Shown here: positions 24,930 through 39,003 of the stretch, one piece after another | Numbering within the stretch: the stretch's first letter is position 1 | How the letters are laid out: every line of letters begins with the position of its first letter | Origin: Veleropilina oligotropha | Taxonomy: Eukaryota | Direction: 5' to 3' | Length of the DNA: 64,000 nt | NCBI GenBank assembly: GCA_048128005.1 | Contig: JBEUKZ010000050.1 | Location: forward strand, 62,001-126,000 | The notes under the pieces: generated by a model | Databases searched by the model: none | Told to the model about the DNA's origin: nothing | What the model saw: only the letters and a program-made list of their open reading frames with translations | Made by a program: the position numbers and the translations under genes

Positions 24930-26510
24930 ATATATCGGTCAGATATACCGTAAACCTTGTGTTCATCTGATCAAATGGAGATGTTAAACAGTCTGATATG
25001 AAATATATGCATCAAAAACTGCAATGAAAAATATAACTAATTGTATAAGATATTCATAGAGGAATAATATAAACAGAATGCAGTTATCTCCCCATAGTTT
25101 GTCCGATCAGGTCTAGATATTAAACAGTCAAATATATAATAATATGCTTCACATGTAAGAAATATAACCTCACTAACTATCAGTATATGTTATGCATATA
25201 GTGATAATAGAACACGAACACAGTTATCTCCCCATAATTCGCGTTTTATTGTATGTGTATATTGATATTTGTCAATTTTTTGTCGCTAGAAAGCAACCTC
25301 TCCTTTGCGGCCAAAATAAATATTTAATTTACTTTACTATTGTATTTGTTTCTTCTTATTACCTGCTTTAACGTATGTATACTTGATAGTATTTGGTTTA
25401 TGTAGTGTGACAGTGTGGCTACTGAGAAGGCCATTAATTTAATCATTTTTACCATAAACATTTGTAATTACTGGCCGGCTTCGGCAGCGCAGTTCATCAG
25501 TGTTCGTCAATAAACAATAGGTTTATTGTTTACCTAAGTCTTGACAGACACTCAAGACGGTCCATGTTTCCGGCCACGGGTCTTAACTTTGGTCATTACC
25601 ATGGTTACCCTCACTGGCCTTGTAACTGTATCCACATACGTGGATGTCAACTATGGATAGATTTCACTTTTAGTCAGTGCGGCGACAGTGCAGCATCCTG
25701 TAGAGTTACAACTCACGATGTAAAATAACGATTTCCCACCCACCCTACCCTTTCATTAGTGTGCAGTTTTTATTATATGCTACGCTTATTGCCTAGAGGG
25801 CGGGTAGAGAGGTTGCATTTTAATATTATATTCTCGTTTTATTGTATGTGTATATTGATATTTGTCAATTTTTTGTCGCTAGAAAGCAACCTCTCCTTTG
25901 CGGCCAAAATAAATATTTAATTTACTTTACTATTGTATTTGTTTCTTCTTATTACCTGCTTTAACGTATGTATACTTGATAGTATTTGGTTTATGTAGTG
26001 TGACAGTGTGGCTACTGAGAAGGCCATTAATTTATAATAATATGCTTCACATGTAAGAAATATAACCTCACTAACTATCAGTATATGTTATGCATATAGT
26101 GATAATAGAACACGAACACAGTTATCTCCCCATAATTCGCACGATAAAATAGAGACGTTAATCTGTCGGATGTATATAATAATATGCGTTAATCTGTCGG
26201 ATGTATATAATAATATGCTTCACGCGTGGCAATGTAATAAATATTACCTCACTAGCTAACAGTATATAAGATTCATATGGGGACAATAGGAACCATACAC
26301 AGTTATCTCCCCATAATTCGTCCGATCAAATAGAGAGGTTAAACAGTCGGGTATATATATGACATAATATGCTTCATATGTGGCAATGTAATAAATATAA
26401 CCTCGCTAACTAACAGTATATGTTATTCATATGGGGATAATAGCACTTGGTTAGAACACAGTTATCTCCCCCTTAATTCGTCTGATCAAATGGAAATGTT
26501 AAACGGTTCA
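24930..26510. repeat. Degenerate ~120-140-bp tandem repeat interrupted by a ~790-bp insert
   Basis: Recurrent cagttatctccccata..gatcaaat.gag..gttaaacag..aatatgcttca at ~25081, 25221, 26119, 26300 and 26459. Confidence 0.8.
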
Positions 26511-28013
26511 AACATAGATCTACCCCCCTCATGTTTTTGTTAATATGTCAGGGTATTTACTATTTATTTATCATTATATTAAAGCATTTACGCTGATATC
26601 TGAATTTTCTTAAAAATAACGAATGAGTGCAAGAATGCAGGGATTACGGAAATTCCCGGCTTTACCCGAGAATTATTACACCACCACCTGAAATCTCATT
26701 AATGGCTGATTAGTTGAACGTCATAATCTATAAATAGTTACAAGAAAGTATATATAAGCACAGCAAATCAATTAATATAACAGACTGTGAGCTGGTTTTA
26801 ATGCTGTATGTTATGATACAAGTACTTGTCATATATTAGTGTTGAGAATTAATCATAATTGCTAATAATTCTTCGTTATACCATCATTATAAGTATATTT
26901 CGTTTCAAATGACATTATATCTGTTGAATCTCATCGCTATTTATTTATCTACATACCACTCTGTTGTTATCGGGTATTCGCTTAAGATAGCAACAAACCA
27001 TATTATATGGCATATAGGCCTAATACGAGATCGATAGCAATTTTCGACTGATAATTCGATGTTATGCTATCATTATAGTTATATTCCGTTTTCAAATGAC
27101 ATTATCTGTTGAATTTCATCGTATATATACTTACTATAAGTCACTTTTATTCACTTATTCCGAACAAAGGGTTTCACGTCGGCGATAAAATGAACAAACA
27201 AGTCATGTGACATCGGTATACACAACAATTCGGCTCAATGGCAGATCGTCCAATATGACTCGCCAATGTGTATAGCATTGGAAAATACATTTGAATAAAC
27301 GCTTAACAATATAGTTCAACACTGAGAGGGCTTGATATCAGTAATATTTCAAGCTGTGAATAAACAACTAACATATAGGGAATGAACAGAATACGGCGTG
27401 TACATAACTAGATTGTCGGTAAATAGTTCAATCTTTTAAAATGTTCTTAATTCTGATTCTAATTTTTCTCTATATTAAAACCATCATATATCATAATAAA
27501 TACATCAGATTCTAACTGTTTGACATTACAATATATATAATAATGATTATGCTAGCGGTAAATAACTTGCACTGGATTACTTCTAGCAGATGCCTTTATA
27601 AGAGTTTTGGTCATAATGACAGTATCAGAATTGTGAATAATACAATAAATGCACTACATATATGACTTTACCATGATAAATCTGTGAAAACAGCTTCGGC
27701 CAATTCAAAACTAGTGGGGCTTATAATGTTTATTCACAATTTCGATTGAAGCGCGTCATCGTATCCGGTGGGTGGTGCTTGCACCAGATAACACCGTGCA
27801 GATCAAAGGAAATTTTACACGGTGTGTGCCAAGAAAATACGTACATAGTTTTCATTTTCACTTTCCAAGTATGAAAGTACACCATGGTTTTCATTCGTGA
27901 ACTATATATAGAAATATGAAAGTGCAAGCATAGCATAAAATCAGTTGACGGTCAGCATTTCACCAGCAAGGACACGTATTCGTTGTAGCTTCTATCACCA
28001 TTCATTGCTCAAG

Positions 28014-28346
28014 ATGAATATGCGACCATCCAATATTGGCTATAGTCAATCGTCTATTGGTGACCATTTTGATTCGCCTCAGAAGAAAATAGGAACGGTT
28101 CTGGATGAACTCATCGAACGCAAAATTCGCGTGACTGACATTCCACCAATTACAGTCGTTCAGAGAAATGGTCGATATTTTGCGTCCGATAACAGGCGTC
28201 TTTGGGTGTTCAAGCAACTAGAGATTAGGGAGAAAAGTACCGTGATTCCCGTCGTTGTGAGCAGCTCATTCCACGGAAATTTTTCTAGTTCAGACGACGG
28301 AGCAACCATCAGCATTCGCGGAAACCATGGAAGCAAATATGTGTAA
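28014..28346 (+). CDS. Small (110 aa) ParB/sulfiredoxin-like domain protein
   Basis: MRPSNIGYSQSSIGDHF..IGTVLDEL..IPPITVV..GRYFASDNRRLWVFKQL; the PI.V..G.Y...D(G)NRR pattern resembles the ParB/Srx active-site loop. ORF intact; possible acceptor at 27988. Confidence 0.65.
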   Translation: MNMRPSNIGYSQSSIGDHFDSPQKKIGTVLDELIERKIRVTDIPPITVVQRNGRYFASDNRRLWVFKQLEIREKSTVIPVVVSSSFHGNFSSSDDGATISIRGNHGSKYV

Positions 28347-28592
28347 TCCCGGTCGCGGCGATATGACGGACGCGTGATTGGATTCATAATTGATCATGAT
28401 ATTGGATGAATGTGTAATTAATCAAGAAACAGATTATATATATATTGATAATAATTGTACTGGTAAACTTTCCTAATGATATAATATGATATTGTAATTT
28501 CAAAGACAATTATTGCAGAGGTGAACTAACAGAACGAGTGATTCTACCAACGAGTTATGCTGGTGGTGACATAATTATACGTGCATTATATA

Positions 28593-29040
28593 GGCCGAGG
28601 CTATTCACCCGGTGACCGGGCGCGTATTTCGCAAATGGCTATTCACCCGGTGGATTCCACTTTTCGTTATTAATACTATAATATATATATATAGGCCTAT
28701 ATTATATATTTGGTAGTGTCTATAGAACCGGATCCGGTTCCCGACTTTCTAAAACTAAAGAACCGGACCGCCACTTATTGGTCAAATATGTCACGTGTCA
28801 CGCGCAAACTACTAAAACCTCCATGTCTTATATATTTGCCCATGACGCGGCTTCAAGCCCTGATCGGGCATTCATTTGTATTACTATAATTTAGGCAAGA
28901 CTTGTAGGGAAGGATGCGCCAATAAGTTACAATTCTTGTTTTCGTAAATGGTTAACGCCGTTAATAATGCACACTGGTCATCGGGTGAATAGCCATTTGC
29001 GATGTTATACGCGCCCGGTCACCGGGTGAAGAGCCACTCC
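28593..29040. mobile_element. Mutator-like MITE with 9-bp TSD
   Basis: TSD cattatata at 28584-28592 and 29041-29049; ~60-bp TIR ggctattcacccggtgaccgggcgcgtat; GG..CC ends. Confidence 0.85.
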
Positions 29041-29471
29041 CATTATATATATATATATATACATGATTTTTGTTTCTGTTAATTTAGAGATGCACGAATG
29101 TGCTAATGATGAAGAGGTAAATCTGAAAAGTGTAAACACAACTTCCATTGCGAGAAATTATATTGAAATCTTTGTGACCCATTGTAATTTGCCATCGGCA
29201 GTGTAGTTTTAGTGTTTTGTTTTGTTTCCATCTGTATTAAAATTTTGAAGTATATATTATTGTCATAATGTAGCCCGGTATATTTTCTTCCTTTTATATA
29301 CGGCGATCTGCAAATAAAAAAATTACGAATTTCATCACGAATTCCGTTCACTGGTAGCACGTACCACAACGTCGTGGAAATGTAATCGTGGTTCGCAAGC
29401 CATCCCTGCCTTTATCGGAACCAGTGAATTCCCAATTTCGGCATTTACAAACAGAATGAACGGTATGATGC

Positions 29472-30175
29472 TTTTTGTCTCGCCCTGAAGGGAAAGCGAG
29501 ACTTAGGGATTACATTTTCCGGCGTCGTCGTCGGCGTGTCATTTTCGGTTAAAGTTTTTCATTGCATGTGTATGGGTTGCTAAAGGCACTTTTATGCATA
29601 CATATGCATTGGTAATGGTTATATGGACAACACCTGATACTCTGGAACTGTTATTGACTGGAATTTTATATAAATAATGCATGAAATTGGTGTTTTTGGA
29701 CATATAAATTTTGGTTAAAGTTTTTTCGGTTAAAGTTTTTCATTGCATGTGTATGGGTTGCTAAAGGCACTTTTATGCATACATATGCATTGGTAATGGT
29801 TATATGGACAACACCTGATACTCTGGAACTGTTATTGACTGGAATTTTATATAAATAATGCATGAAATTGGTGTTTTTTGACATATAAATTTTGGTTAAA
29901 GTTTTTTCGGTTAAAGTTTTTCATTGCATGTGTATGGGTTGCTAACGGCACTTTTATGCATACATATGCATTGGTAATGGTTATATGGACAACACCTGAT
30001 ACTCTGGAACTGTTATTGACTGGAATTTTATATAAATAATGCATGAAATTGGTGTTTTTTGACATATAAATTTTGGTTAAAGTTTTTTCGGTTAAAGTTT
30101 TTCATTGAATGGAATTTTCTGATACATTGATATATATATTTAAAGGGCGAGACATATCGGACCGTGGTTCTTGTT
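29472..30175 (+). mobile_element. Classical Helentron-associated element (HINE/DINE-1-like) with 181-bp central tandem repeats
   Basis: T-run, subTIR gtctcgccct with nearby IR gcgagac, (cgt)n tract, about 3 near-identical 181-bp repeats, 3' subTIR agggcgagac, stem-loop ggaccgtggttc, and a cttgtt end. Confidence 0.85.
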
Positions 30176-32059
30176 TAACACTTATATATCAATGCTACCT
30201 GTTTATGTGGATCGATGTTTAACGTTTTCATTTTACCAATCAGGTTAATACAAGGACATGTCCATATTATCGCGACATGAAGCCCGGAGAAACTCGCCCT
30301 TTTCAGTCAGTTGCGAACCAGTGAAATATTGACTGGCAATAAATTCGTCAAATTGCGTTGTTTATTTCGTATAAGCACATTTACTGGGTGACAACGGATA
30401 ATGACACACAGGAGTGTGAGTAAAACAATAACTCTGCTGTTATGGTGCCAAGAAACGATTATGGTGTGAGAGTTCCACAATGAAGACACTGAGCTTTTAC
30501 AAGGTTCGAGGTTGCGAAAAGTTGGTAGTGTCTTCTCGTTGTAGGCTGGCTACAACACGGTGGGGATAGGCCACGCAAATCCGATTTTCCAGTGTGCACA
30601 GTCTTATTTTCACTGGTAAAAGGGCGATAACCTATGTCAACTCTGTGTCACATGTAGGTTAATAAATTATCGTAATAATATATGGAAACAGGCAACCGGG
30701 TGTCTTGACTGCGATATGGCTGAAAATATCCACTTCTCTAATATTACATATACATGACACCACTGTCGTAGGACATATTTACTCGTGTAGGAGCCCTATA
30801 TAGCCTAGCTGCATGGGTCTCTATACGATATCGCGCTACTTAACTTTTATCATAGATAACATCAATCGAGTAGGAACCTATACATAATGATGTCTGTATT
30901 TTGTTTTGAAATAATCCCTTCATCCTTGCATTCAATAAATATAATCCATTTTATTTCATCTTTATTTGCGTAAATTGACACCAAACATGACGCCACCTCG
31001 ATCACGTTCAGTATAGGAAGATTAATATGATATCGCGGTAAATGTTATAATTAAATTGTGTATTGAAGACAAAGAGTGCCAAAACTCTCCGTGATAATCG
31101 GAAAATTGTGAAGAATAGTTCGACACATCAAGTTAACAGTAACAAATTTGTCATCGCAAATCTTTGAGGAATAAACTAACATATTTACAAGATTTTCTTT
31201 CACTTTCGACAGTTTAACTATTTCTGAGTGCAATATGGACACCTGCATGACGCCAGTTCCTCTTCTGACGCTCTTAACATATAATAATACCGTCTATCAT
31301 GTGTCTAGTGATCACAGAAGTCACATTTTGCAAATTTTGGGTTAGGAAATGACATTTATTCTGTTCATCTAGTTTCAGACAGCAATAGGTATACATGTCA
31401 TATTCATTAAGAAATTCGCTTTATTTGGCCATAACTGTGTTTCATAATATTATCCCTTCAGAGGGTATTATTTGTAACAGCATTTAATTTTCCTCTCTCC
31501 TACTTTTCATTTCACGACAGTAAAATACGTCAGTCAAATATTGTTTATTCTAATAGGATCTTTGGTATTAATTTTTGGTAAAGATGGCATGAAGGTCACC
31601 AGAAAAGTTACGATTTTAATGGCTACTGATAAAAAATGATCTCGCCAAAAAGCTTACTTCGGAAATATTCACACTAACTATTACGTGGGTTATTTATTTA
31701 CAGTTCCAGATATAAAAAGCGCCACAACTATAATCCCTTGCGCATGCGCCGATTGTGCTATGCTACATCGTCTCTCTCCTTGCACTACTTTCATTTCAAA
31801 CGAAAATCTGTTGCTCAGAATGATTTCCATGACGTCATTGACCCATGGAGTTACTTGGTATTGTATATGTTTCATACCCCAACACGTGCTATTGTTTATG
31901 TCGCCGTCGATGGTGGTTAGCATGAACAACATGAATTATATTCGAACTGCTGGCCTTTTCAACGAGTGACTCCCTCCCACACATATTTATTTAGTCGATA
32001 TTTAATATTTACTTACGGCTAAATTAAATATTACATTTTAATAAGCGATAGATCACCGC

Positions 32060-32968
32060 AAAAGCGTCAGTACCAAGTTATTCTTCTCTACTGCTATAAC
32101 GCTTTGAAATGCACTTGAGAAAAACATCCGGAATTCCACAACATTAAACTCTTAAAAGTATATTAATAACTAAACCAACAAAACGAAAAATGTATTACGT
32201 TAAATCCAGATTAATGGAAATAATACATCGAAAGATAAGATGTCAAACCAGTCTTCTAAACAATGATCTGTATAACCACCACATAATAGCGGAATGCTAT
32301 TGTACTTGCGGGCCATATCGTGAAGACACCAAACACTATTTGTTTCATTGTCCACAGTATGAGCTCAACAGACAAACACTCTGATAAACTTCAATTCTTA
32401 CCTCTAATCACACTCGACGCACTTGTATATGGCAACCCGTCCTTCAGCGATGAATCAAATATAAAGATGTTTAAGGCTGTTCAAAGTTATATCCATGCAA
32501 CAAATCACTTATTGTCGATTAACATACATTAGATAAAACCATATTTAAGCCGCCATTCTGCTGCCTTGGCCCACAGTATATCTAAACATATTATTAATCA
32601 TTACGGAAAACTACTGTTTGACACTAATAACAAGATTATTAAATTATTATCTATTATTATTAAATTAATTTGCATCTTTGCAATGGTTAAAGTCGGTTAT
32701 AGCATGCGGTTAACCGTTTGTGTTATGTAGTCGGGAATGCCCTTGCAGTGAACTGTGCGGTTTTCCTATTTGACAACCGAAACTCATAGTATAATTTATG
32801 CATATGCTTGTAGTAAATTCGAACCTTATTTATTTATACATGTATATTGATATCATAATATTGATTACTATAATTTTGTTTTTGACAATATCAGCTCATT
32901 ACTGTTTTTATTATTAGACCAATGCAAATGTCACCACACTGTTCTGCACTTACGTTTTATATGTAATA
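32060..32968 (+). pseudogene. CR1-type LINE ORF2 C-terminus plus 3' UTR, lacking its tail
   Basis: IIHRKIRCQTSLLNNDLY..CYCTCG..EDTKHYLFHCPQY..LVYGNP..NIKMFKAVQSYIHAT; the AT-rich UTR runs up to the array at taata|acg. Confidence 0.75.
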
Positions 32969-35900
32969 ACGAACGAAGTTCGTCCTATAGATTAGGGACA
33001 CGACCACAATATTTACACATACCTGTGCATACCTTGCAACTTGAACCGGATGGTCACGAATTGACCACTGCGCAAACTCGAGTCAGCCATGTTTCGAAGC
33101 TTTTTACATTGGAGTACCAAAATCTCGCACCATCGAGATATGCAAAACAACGTAATTACGGACAACGGCCGATTTTAAACTTCAAATTATCCAAGTACAA
33201 TAACATTAATAACGCGACAAATTGATATAAACCCATTGCTATCGTCTTTGCATATATCTTTTAATGCAAGAATGGCGTGATGTTTTGATAATTGTGACGT
33301 CAGAGAAAATGCGTAGCTAAGCAACAATGAGTGACGTCGCGGAATATGTGTGTCAGCTTACACTAGACGTTATGATTTTTATTTGTGTATAATCCATATT
33401 CTGCGTTCGTATCTAGGTGCTACCTACAACATATTAACGAACGAAGTTCGTCCTATAGATTAGGGACACAACCACTATATATACACATACCTGTGCATAC
33501 CTTGCAACTTGAACCGGATGGTCACGAATTGACCACTGCGCAAACTCGAGTCAGCCATGTTTCGAAGCAAATTCGGTATTTTTACATTGGAGTACCAAAA
33601 TCTCGCACCATCGAGATATGCAAAACAACGTAATTACGGACGACGGCCGATTATAAACTTCAAATTATCCAAGTACAATAACATTAATAACGCAACAAAT
33701 TGATATAAACCCATTGCTATCGTCTGCGCATATATCATTTTCTGCAAGAATGGCGTGATGTTTTGAAAATTGTGACGTCAGAGAAAATGCGTAGCTAAGC
33801 AACAATGAGTGACGCGCGGATTATGTGTGTCAGCTTACACTAGACGTTATGAATAAGAAGACAGGGTACGGATTTCATAATTTTTATTTGTGTATAATCC
33901 CTATGCTGCGTTCGTATCTAGGTGCTACCTACAACATATTAACGAACGAAGATCGTCCTATAGATTAGGGACATGACCACAATATCTGAACATACCTGTG
34001 CATACCTTGCAACTTGAACCGGATGGTCACGAATTGACCACTGCGCAAACTCGAGTCAGCCATGTTTCGAAGGTTTTGTGTTCATCACTCGATCTCGTTG
34101 ATCTTGTTTTATTGGAGTACCAAAATCTCGCACCATCGTGATATGCAAAACAACGTAATTTCGGGACAACGATCAATTTTAAACTTCAAATTATCCAAGT
34201 ACAATTACATTAATAACGCGACAAATTGATATAAGCCCAATACTCTCATCTATGCATATCTCTTTTGCTACAAGAATGGCGTGATGTTTTGAAAAATTGT
34301 GACGTCAGCGAAAATGCGTAGCTAAGCAACAATGGGTGACGTCGCGGAATAGGTGTAGTTTTTAACAAGTGACGTCAGAGAATGTGCGTAGCAACAATGT
34401 GTGACGTCGCGGAATGGGTGTCGGCTTACACTAGACGTTATGAAAAAAAGACGCGTTTCAAAATTAAGAAAACATCGCAGGGTACGGATTTCATAAAGAA
34501 GAATTATGTATAGGCCTAATCACTATTCTGCGTTCGTATCTAGGTGCTACCTACAACATATTAACGAACGAAGATCGTCCTATAGATTAGGGACATGACC
34601 ACAATATCTACACATACCTGTGCATACCTTGCAACTTGAACCGGATGGTCACGAATTGACCACTGCGCAAACTCGAGTCAGCCATGTTTCGAAGGTTTTG
34701 TGTTTTTCTTTCTGTATTTTTACATTGGCGTACCAAAATCTCGCACCATCGAGATATGCAAAACAACGTAATTACGGACAACGGCCGATTTTAAACTTCA
34801 AATTATCCAAGTACAATAACATTAATAACGCCACAATTTATAAACACGTTACCATGCATACATTTTGTCAAGAATGGCGTGTCGATTTGACCACGTGGCG
34901 TCAAAATTTGCTTAGCAATGGACGTGACGTTAACAATATGCTAAGCAATAGATGCGACGTCAGGAATTGAAACCTCTCGCAGATTCGTTCGATTTGCAAC
35001 GAAAGCGAGGTTGTGGGCGTCTGCTAAATCTTTGTAGCAACGTAAGTATTGCCGGTGGTGATTATTTGGCATTGGTTAAGTGATCCCGTTAATGTAACAA
35101 CAAAACGCTAAACAGATTTAAAGCTTTTAAAAAATAGTCTTTTCTAAATATTGTAGCATAATTGCCAGTTAATATAACAAAAACATTCTGCGTTCGTATC
35201 TAGGTGCTACCTACAATATATTAACGAACGAAGATCGTCCTATAGATTAGGGACATGACCACAATACCTGCACATATCTGTGCATACGTTGCAACTTGAA
35301 CCGGATGGTCATGAATTGACCACTGCGCAAACTCGAGTCAGCCATGTTTCGAAGGTTTTGTGTTCATCACTCGATCTCGTTGATCATGTTTTATTGGAGT
35401 ACCAAAATCTCGCACCATCGAGATATGCAAAACAACGTAATTTCAGGACAACGACCGATTATAAACTTCAAATTATCCAAGTACAATAACATTAATAACG
35501 CGACAAATTGATATAAACCCATTACTCTAGTCTATGCATATATCTTCTGCTACAAAAATTGTGACGTCAGAGAACATGCGTAGCTAAGCAACAATGGGTG
35601 ACGTCGCGGAATATGTGTCGGCTTACACTAGACGTTATGAATAAAAGACGCGTTTCAAAAAATAAGACATCGCAGGGTACGATTTCATACTTTTTATTTG
35701 TGTATAATCTCTATTCTGCGTTCGTATCTAGGTGCTACCTACAACATATTAACGAACGAAGATCGTCCTATAGATTAGGGACATGACCACAATATCTACA
35801 CATACCTGTGCATACCTTGCAACTTGAACCGGATGGTCACGAATTGACCACTGCGCAAACTCGAGTCAGCCATGTTTCGAAGGTTTTGTGTTGTTCATTC

Positions 35901-37140
35901 GGTCTTTTTACATTGGAGTACCTAAATCTCGCACCATCGAGATATGCAAAACAACGTAATTACGGACAACGGCCGATTTTAATCTTCAAATTATCCAAGT
36001 ACAATAACACTAATAACGCCACAATTTTATAAACCCGTTCCATGCATACATTTTGTCAAGAATGGCGTGTCGATTTGACCACGTGACGTCAAAATTTGTT
36101 TAGCAATGGACGTGACGTCAACAATATGCTAAGCAATAGATGTGACGTCAGGAATTTAAACCTCGCAGATTCGTTCGATTTGCAACGAAAGCGAGGATGT
36201 GGGCGTGTGCTAAATCTTTGCAGCACCGTAAGTATTGCAGGTGGTGATTATTTGGCATTGATTAAGTGGGCCCGTTAAGTGTAAACGTTAATGTAACAAC
36301 AAAACGCTAAACAAATTTAAAGCTTTTAAAAAATAGTCTTTTGTAAATATTGTATATATTTAGTGAACTGATTGTAGGCATAATTGCCAGTTAATATAAC
36401 AAAAAATTTCTGCGTTCGTATCTAGGTGCTACCTACAACATATTAACGAACGAAGATCGTCCTATAGATTAGGGACATGACCACAATATCTACACATACC
36501 TGTGCATACCTTGCAACTTGAACCGGATGGTCACGAATTGACCACTGCGCAAACTCGAGTCAGCCATGTTTCGAATGTTTTGTGTTGTTCATTCGGTCTT
36601 TTTACATTGGAGTACCTAAATCTCGCACCATCGAGATATGCAAAACAACGTAATTACGGACAACGGCCGATTTTAAACTTCAAATTATCCAAGTACAATA
36701 ACATTAATAACGCCACAATTTTATAAACCCGTTAACCATGCATACATTTTGTCAAGAATGGCGTGCCGATTTGACCACGAGACGTCAAAGTTTGTGTAAC
36801 AATGGACGTGACGTCAAAAATATGCTAAGCAATATATGTGACGTCAGGAATTGAAACCTTGCAGATTCATTCGATTTGCAACGACAGCGAGGTTGTGGGC
36901 GTCTGCTAAATCTTTGCAGCACCGTAAGTATTGCCGGTGGTGATTATTTGGCATTGGTTAAGTGGGCCCGTTAAGTGTAAACGTTAATGTAACAAGAAAA
37001 GGATAAACAAATTTAAACCTTTTAAAAATAGTATTTTGTAAATATTGTATATATTTAGTGAACTGATTGTAGGCATAATTGCCAGTTAATATTACAAAAA
37101 ATTTCTGCGTTCGTATCTAGGTGCTACCTACAACATATTA
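32969..37140 (+). repeat. Head-to-tail array of 7 Helentron-like units
   Basis: Units start at 32969, 33437, 33942, 34564, 35224, 35752 and 36446 (468-695 bp). Confidence 0.95.
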
Positions 37141-37770
37141 GTAAGTAATACTAATACTGTATGTAACCTGGTTAACTTCCGGACCGCAGTGTACTCTGGG
37201 AGTTACCACATGGATGGACAATAAAGATCGTAATTCAATTCGTCTGCTAGTTAAATCTGATGCCATCACTGGCAGTACCCTTCAATATGGCGACGAGGAA
37301 AACAATTTGAGACAGTGAAAACGTTATGCGGTGGAAATCAGTGAATTTACCGTGAATAATTCGTAAAAGATGTCATTAATGACTGATCTAAATTCGGTTT
37401 GAAAATTCGAGGCTCATGGAGACCCATCCTATCTGGGACAAACGTGGAAACGGTGGGTGAGAAGTTTCGAACTTTATGCTGAAGGAAAAGGTGTGCGAGA
37501 TAAAGCACAGAAAAATTCACTCGTGTTACATTGTGCGGGTGCAGATGTACAAGATATATTTTTATCTCACTGAAGAGGATGGTGAAAATGACTATGTCAA
37601 AGCAGTCACCACGCTTGATAAACATTTTGCGACTAAGGTGAATGTGCGGTATGAAATATATTGTTTTCGTACGATGAGTCAAAAAGAAAATGAAACTGTC
37701 GAACAGTTCATCACGCGACTTCGCCAGCAAGCTGTTTTGTGTGATTACGACAAAGTCGACGAACAGATTA

Positions 37771-38785
37771 CAGACGTGGATCGAGGAATTTTGCTTAGGG
37801 GGGTGGGCGCTGAATTTGCTATCAACTGTTCGCGTGGGGGGCGAGGGGCCCCACGCGAAAGAAAATTTTGGCAATCAACAGCTTGAAACCCCCTCTCCTG
37901 CACTCTGACAGGGCAAAAGCGATATTTCATTCTAACTTTTCATGAACCACCGTCACTCAAATAGCACGAGTCAATTTTTTATTTTATTTTGTCATAATCG
38001 AATTGTCCCGTGGGGGTCGGACCCCACGCGCAAGAAAATTTTGACAATTAACGGTGTGAAATCCCCCCTCCTGCATTATTACATTGCAAAAGCTAATAGT
38101 AATACAATTCAAGGCAATCCTCAGAACGGCGGTCCCAAATTATTAAACCACCTAATTTGACTACAACACGTCGCACTGCATGCTTCCCCTCAATCCTAAA
38201 TTACAGGAAAACGAAAATGACACTTCAGAAAGTTGTTCGAAACTCCAAGAGGTTTACAGAATCAGTAATAGCCATCAGGTGACTCAGCTCGACGAACCAA
38301 AGACATCGGACGTTGGCAGTTCCCGCAGTCATTACTGTTGGGTATTAAACGATGTTCAGCAAGCCACACCAACCACTGCATTCGGTCATGCATACTGTCG
38401 TATATTGCTTTTGACATGCTTCCTGTCATGGTTAATACGGATTCTCATGGCTGGCACCATGCACTTATGTACTATAATTAATGTCGACCACTCTCATATG
38501 CGAGTCGTATAAAAGACTTGAACTGGGAATTTCCATAACAATTTCCAAACAGAATGTGGGACATTTTCGTTTTCTTGTAATTGAGGACTGAGAGGAATCA
38601 GTACGACGTGTTGGTGGTTTAATAATTTGGGACCGCCGTTCTGAGGATTGCCCAATTCAACTTTATTATTTTGGGGTAGGCTTATTTATAATGTTCTGAA
38701 AGTCAATGACTCATTTGTATCAGATTATACATATTATTTTAGTATGCTTGACCAGCTTTGGGGGGGTGCGCCCCCCCCCTGGATT
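37771..38785. mobile_element. Non-autonomous TIR element inserted in gag
   Basis: Separates VDEQI from RDQVIEKC; 37771-37950 is homologous to the reverse complement of ~51720-51836; right TIR truncated at cccctggat. Confidence 0.75.
38113..38652. mobile_element. Merlin-like MITE with GG..CC termini and 8-bp TSD
   Basis: Perfect 40-bp TIR ggcaatcctcagaacggcggtcccaaattattaaaccacc, extending imperfectly to ~110 bp; TSD caattcaa at 38105-38112 and 38653-38660. Confidence 0.88.
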
Positions 38786-39003
38786 CGTGACCAGGTGATC
38801 GAAAAATGCCGCTCCCACAAGATTCGAATGAAGTTGTTGGAAAAGGGACACGCTCTATCATTGGATCAACTACGGACAATCGCCTCAACATTAGACATGT
38901 CGGAACGATAGGCGAAACACATCGAGGCGGAGGCGCAAATTCCAGAGCAGTTAATCGAATCGACACGGCGAAAGGGACAACAAGAAATGTTAAATCAGGA
39001 AAG

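Noticed and set aside
29666..30065. Duplicated 72-aa ORFs
   Set aside because: Translations of the 181-bp HINE central repeat.
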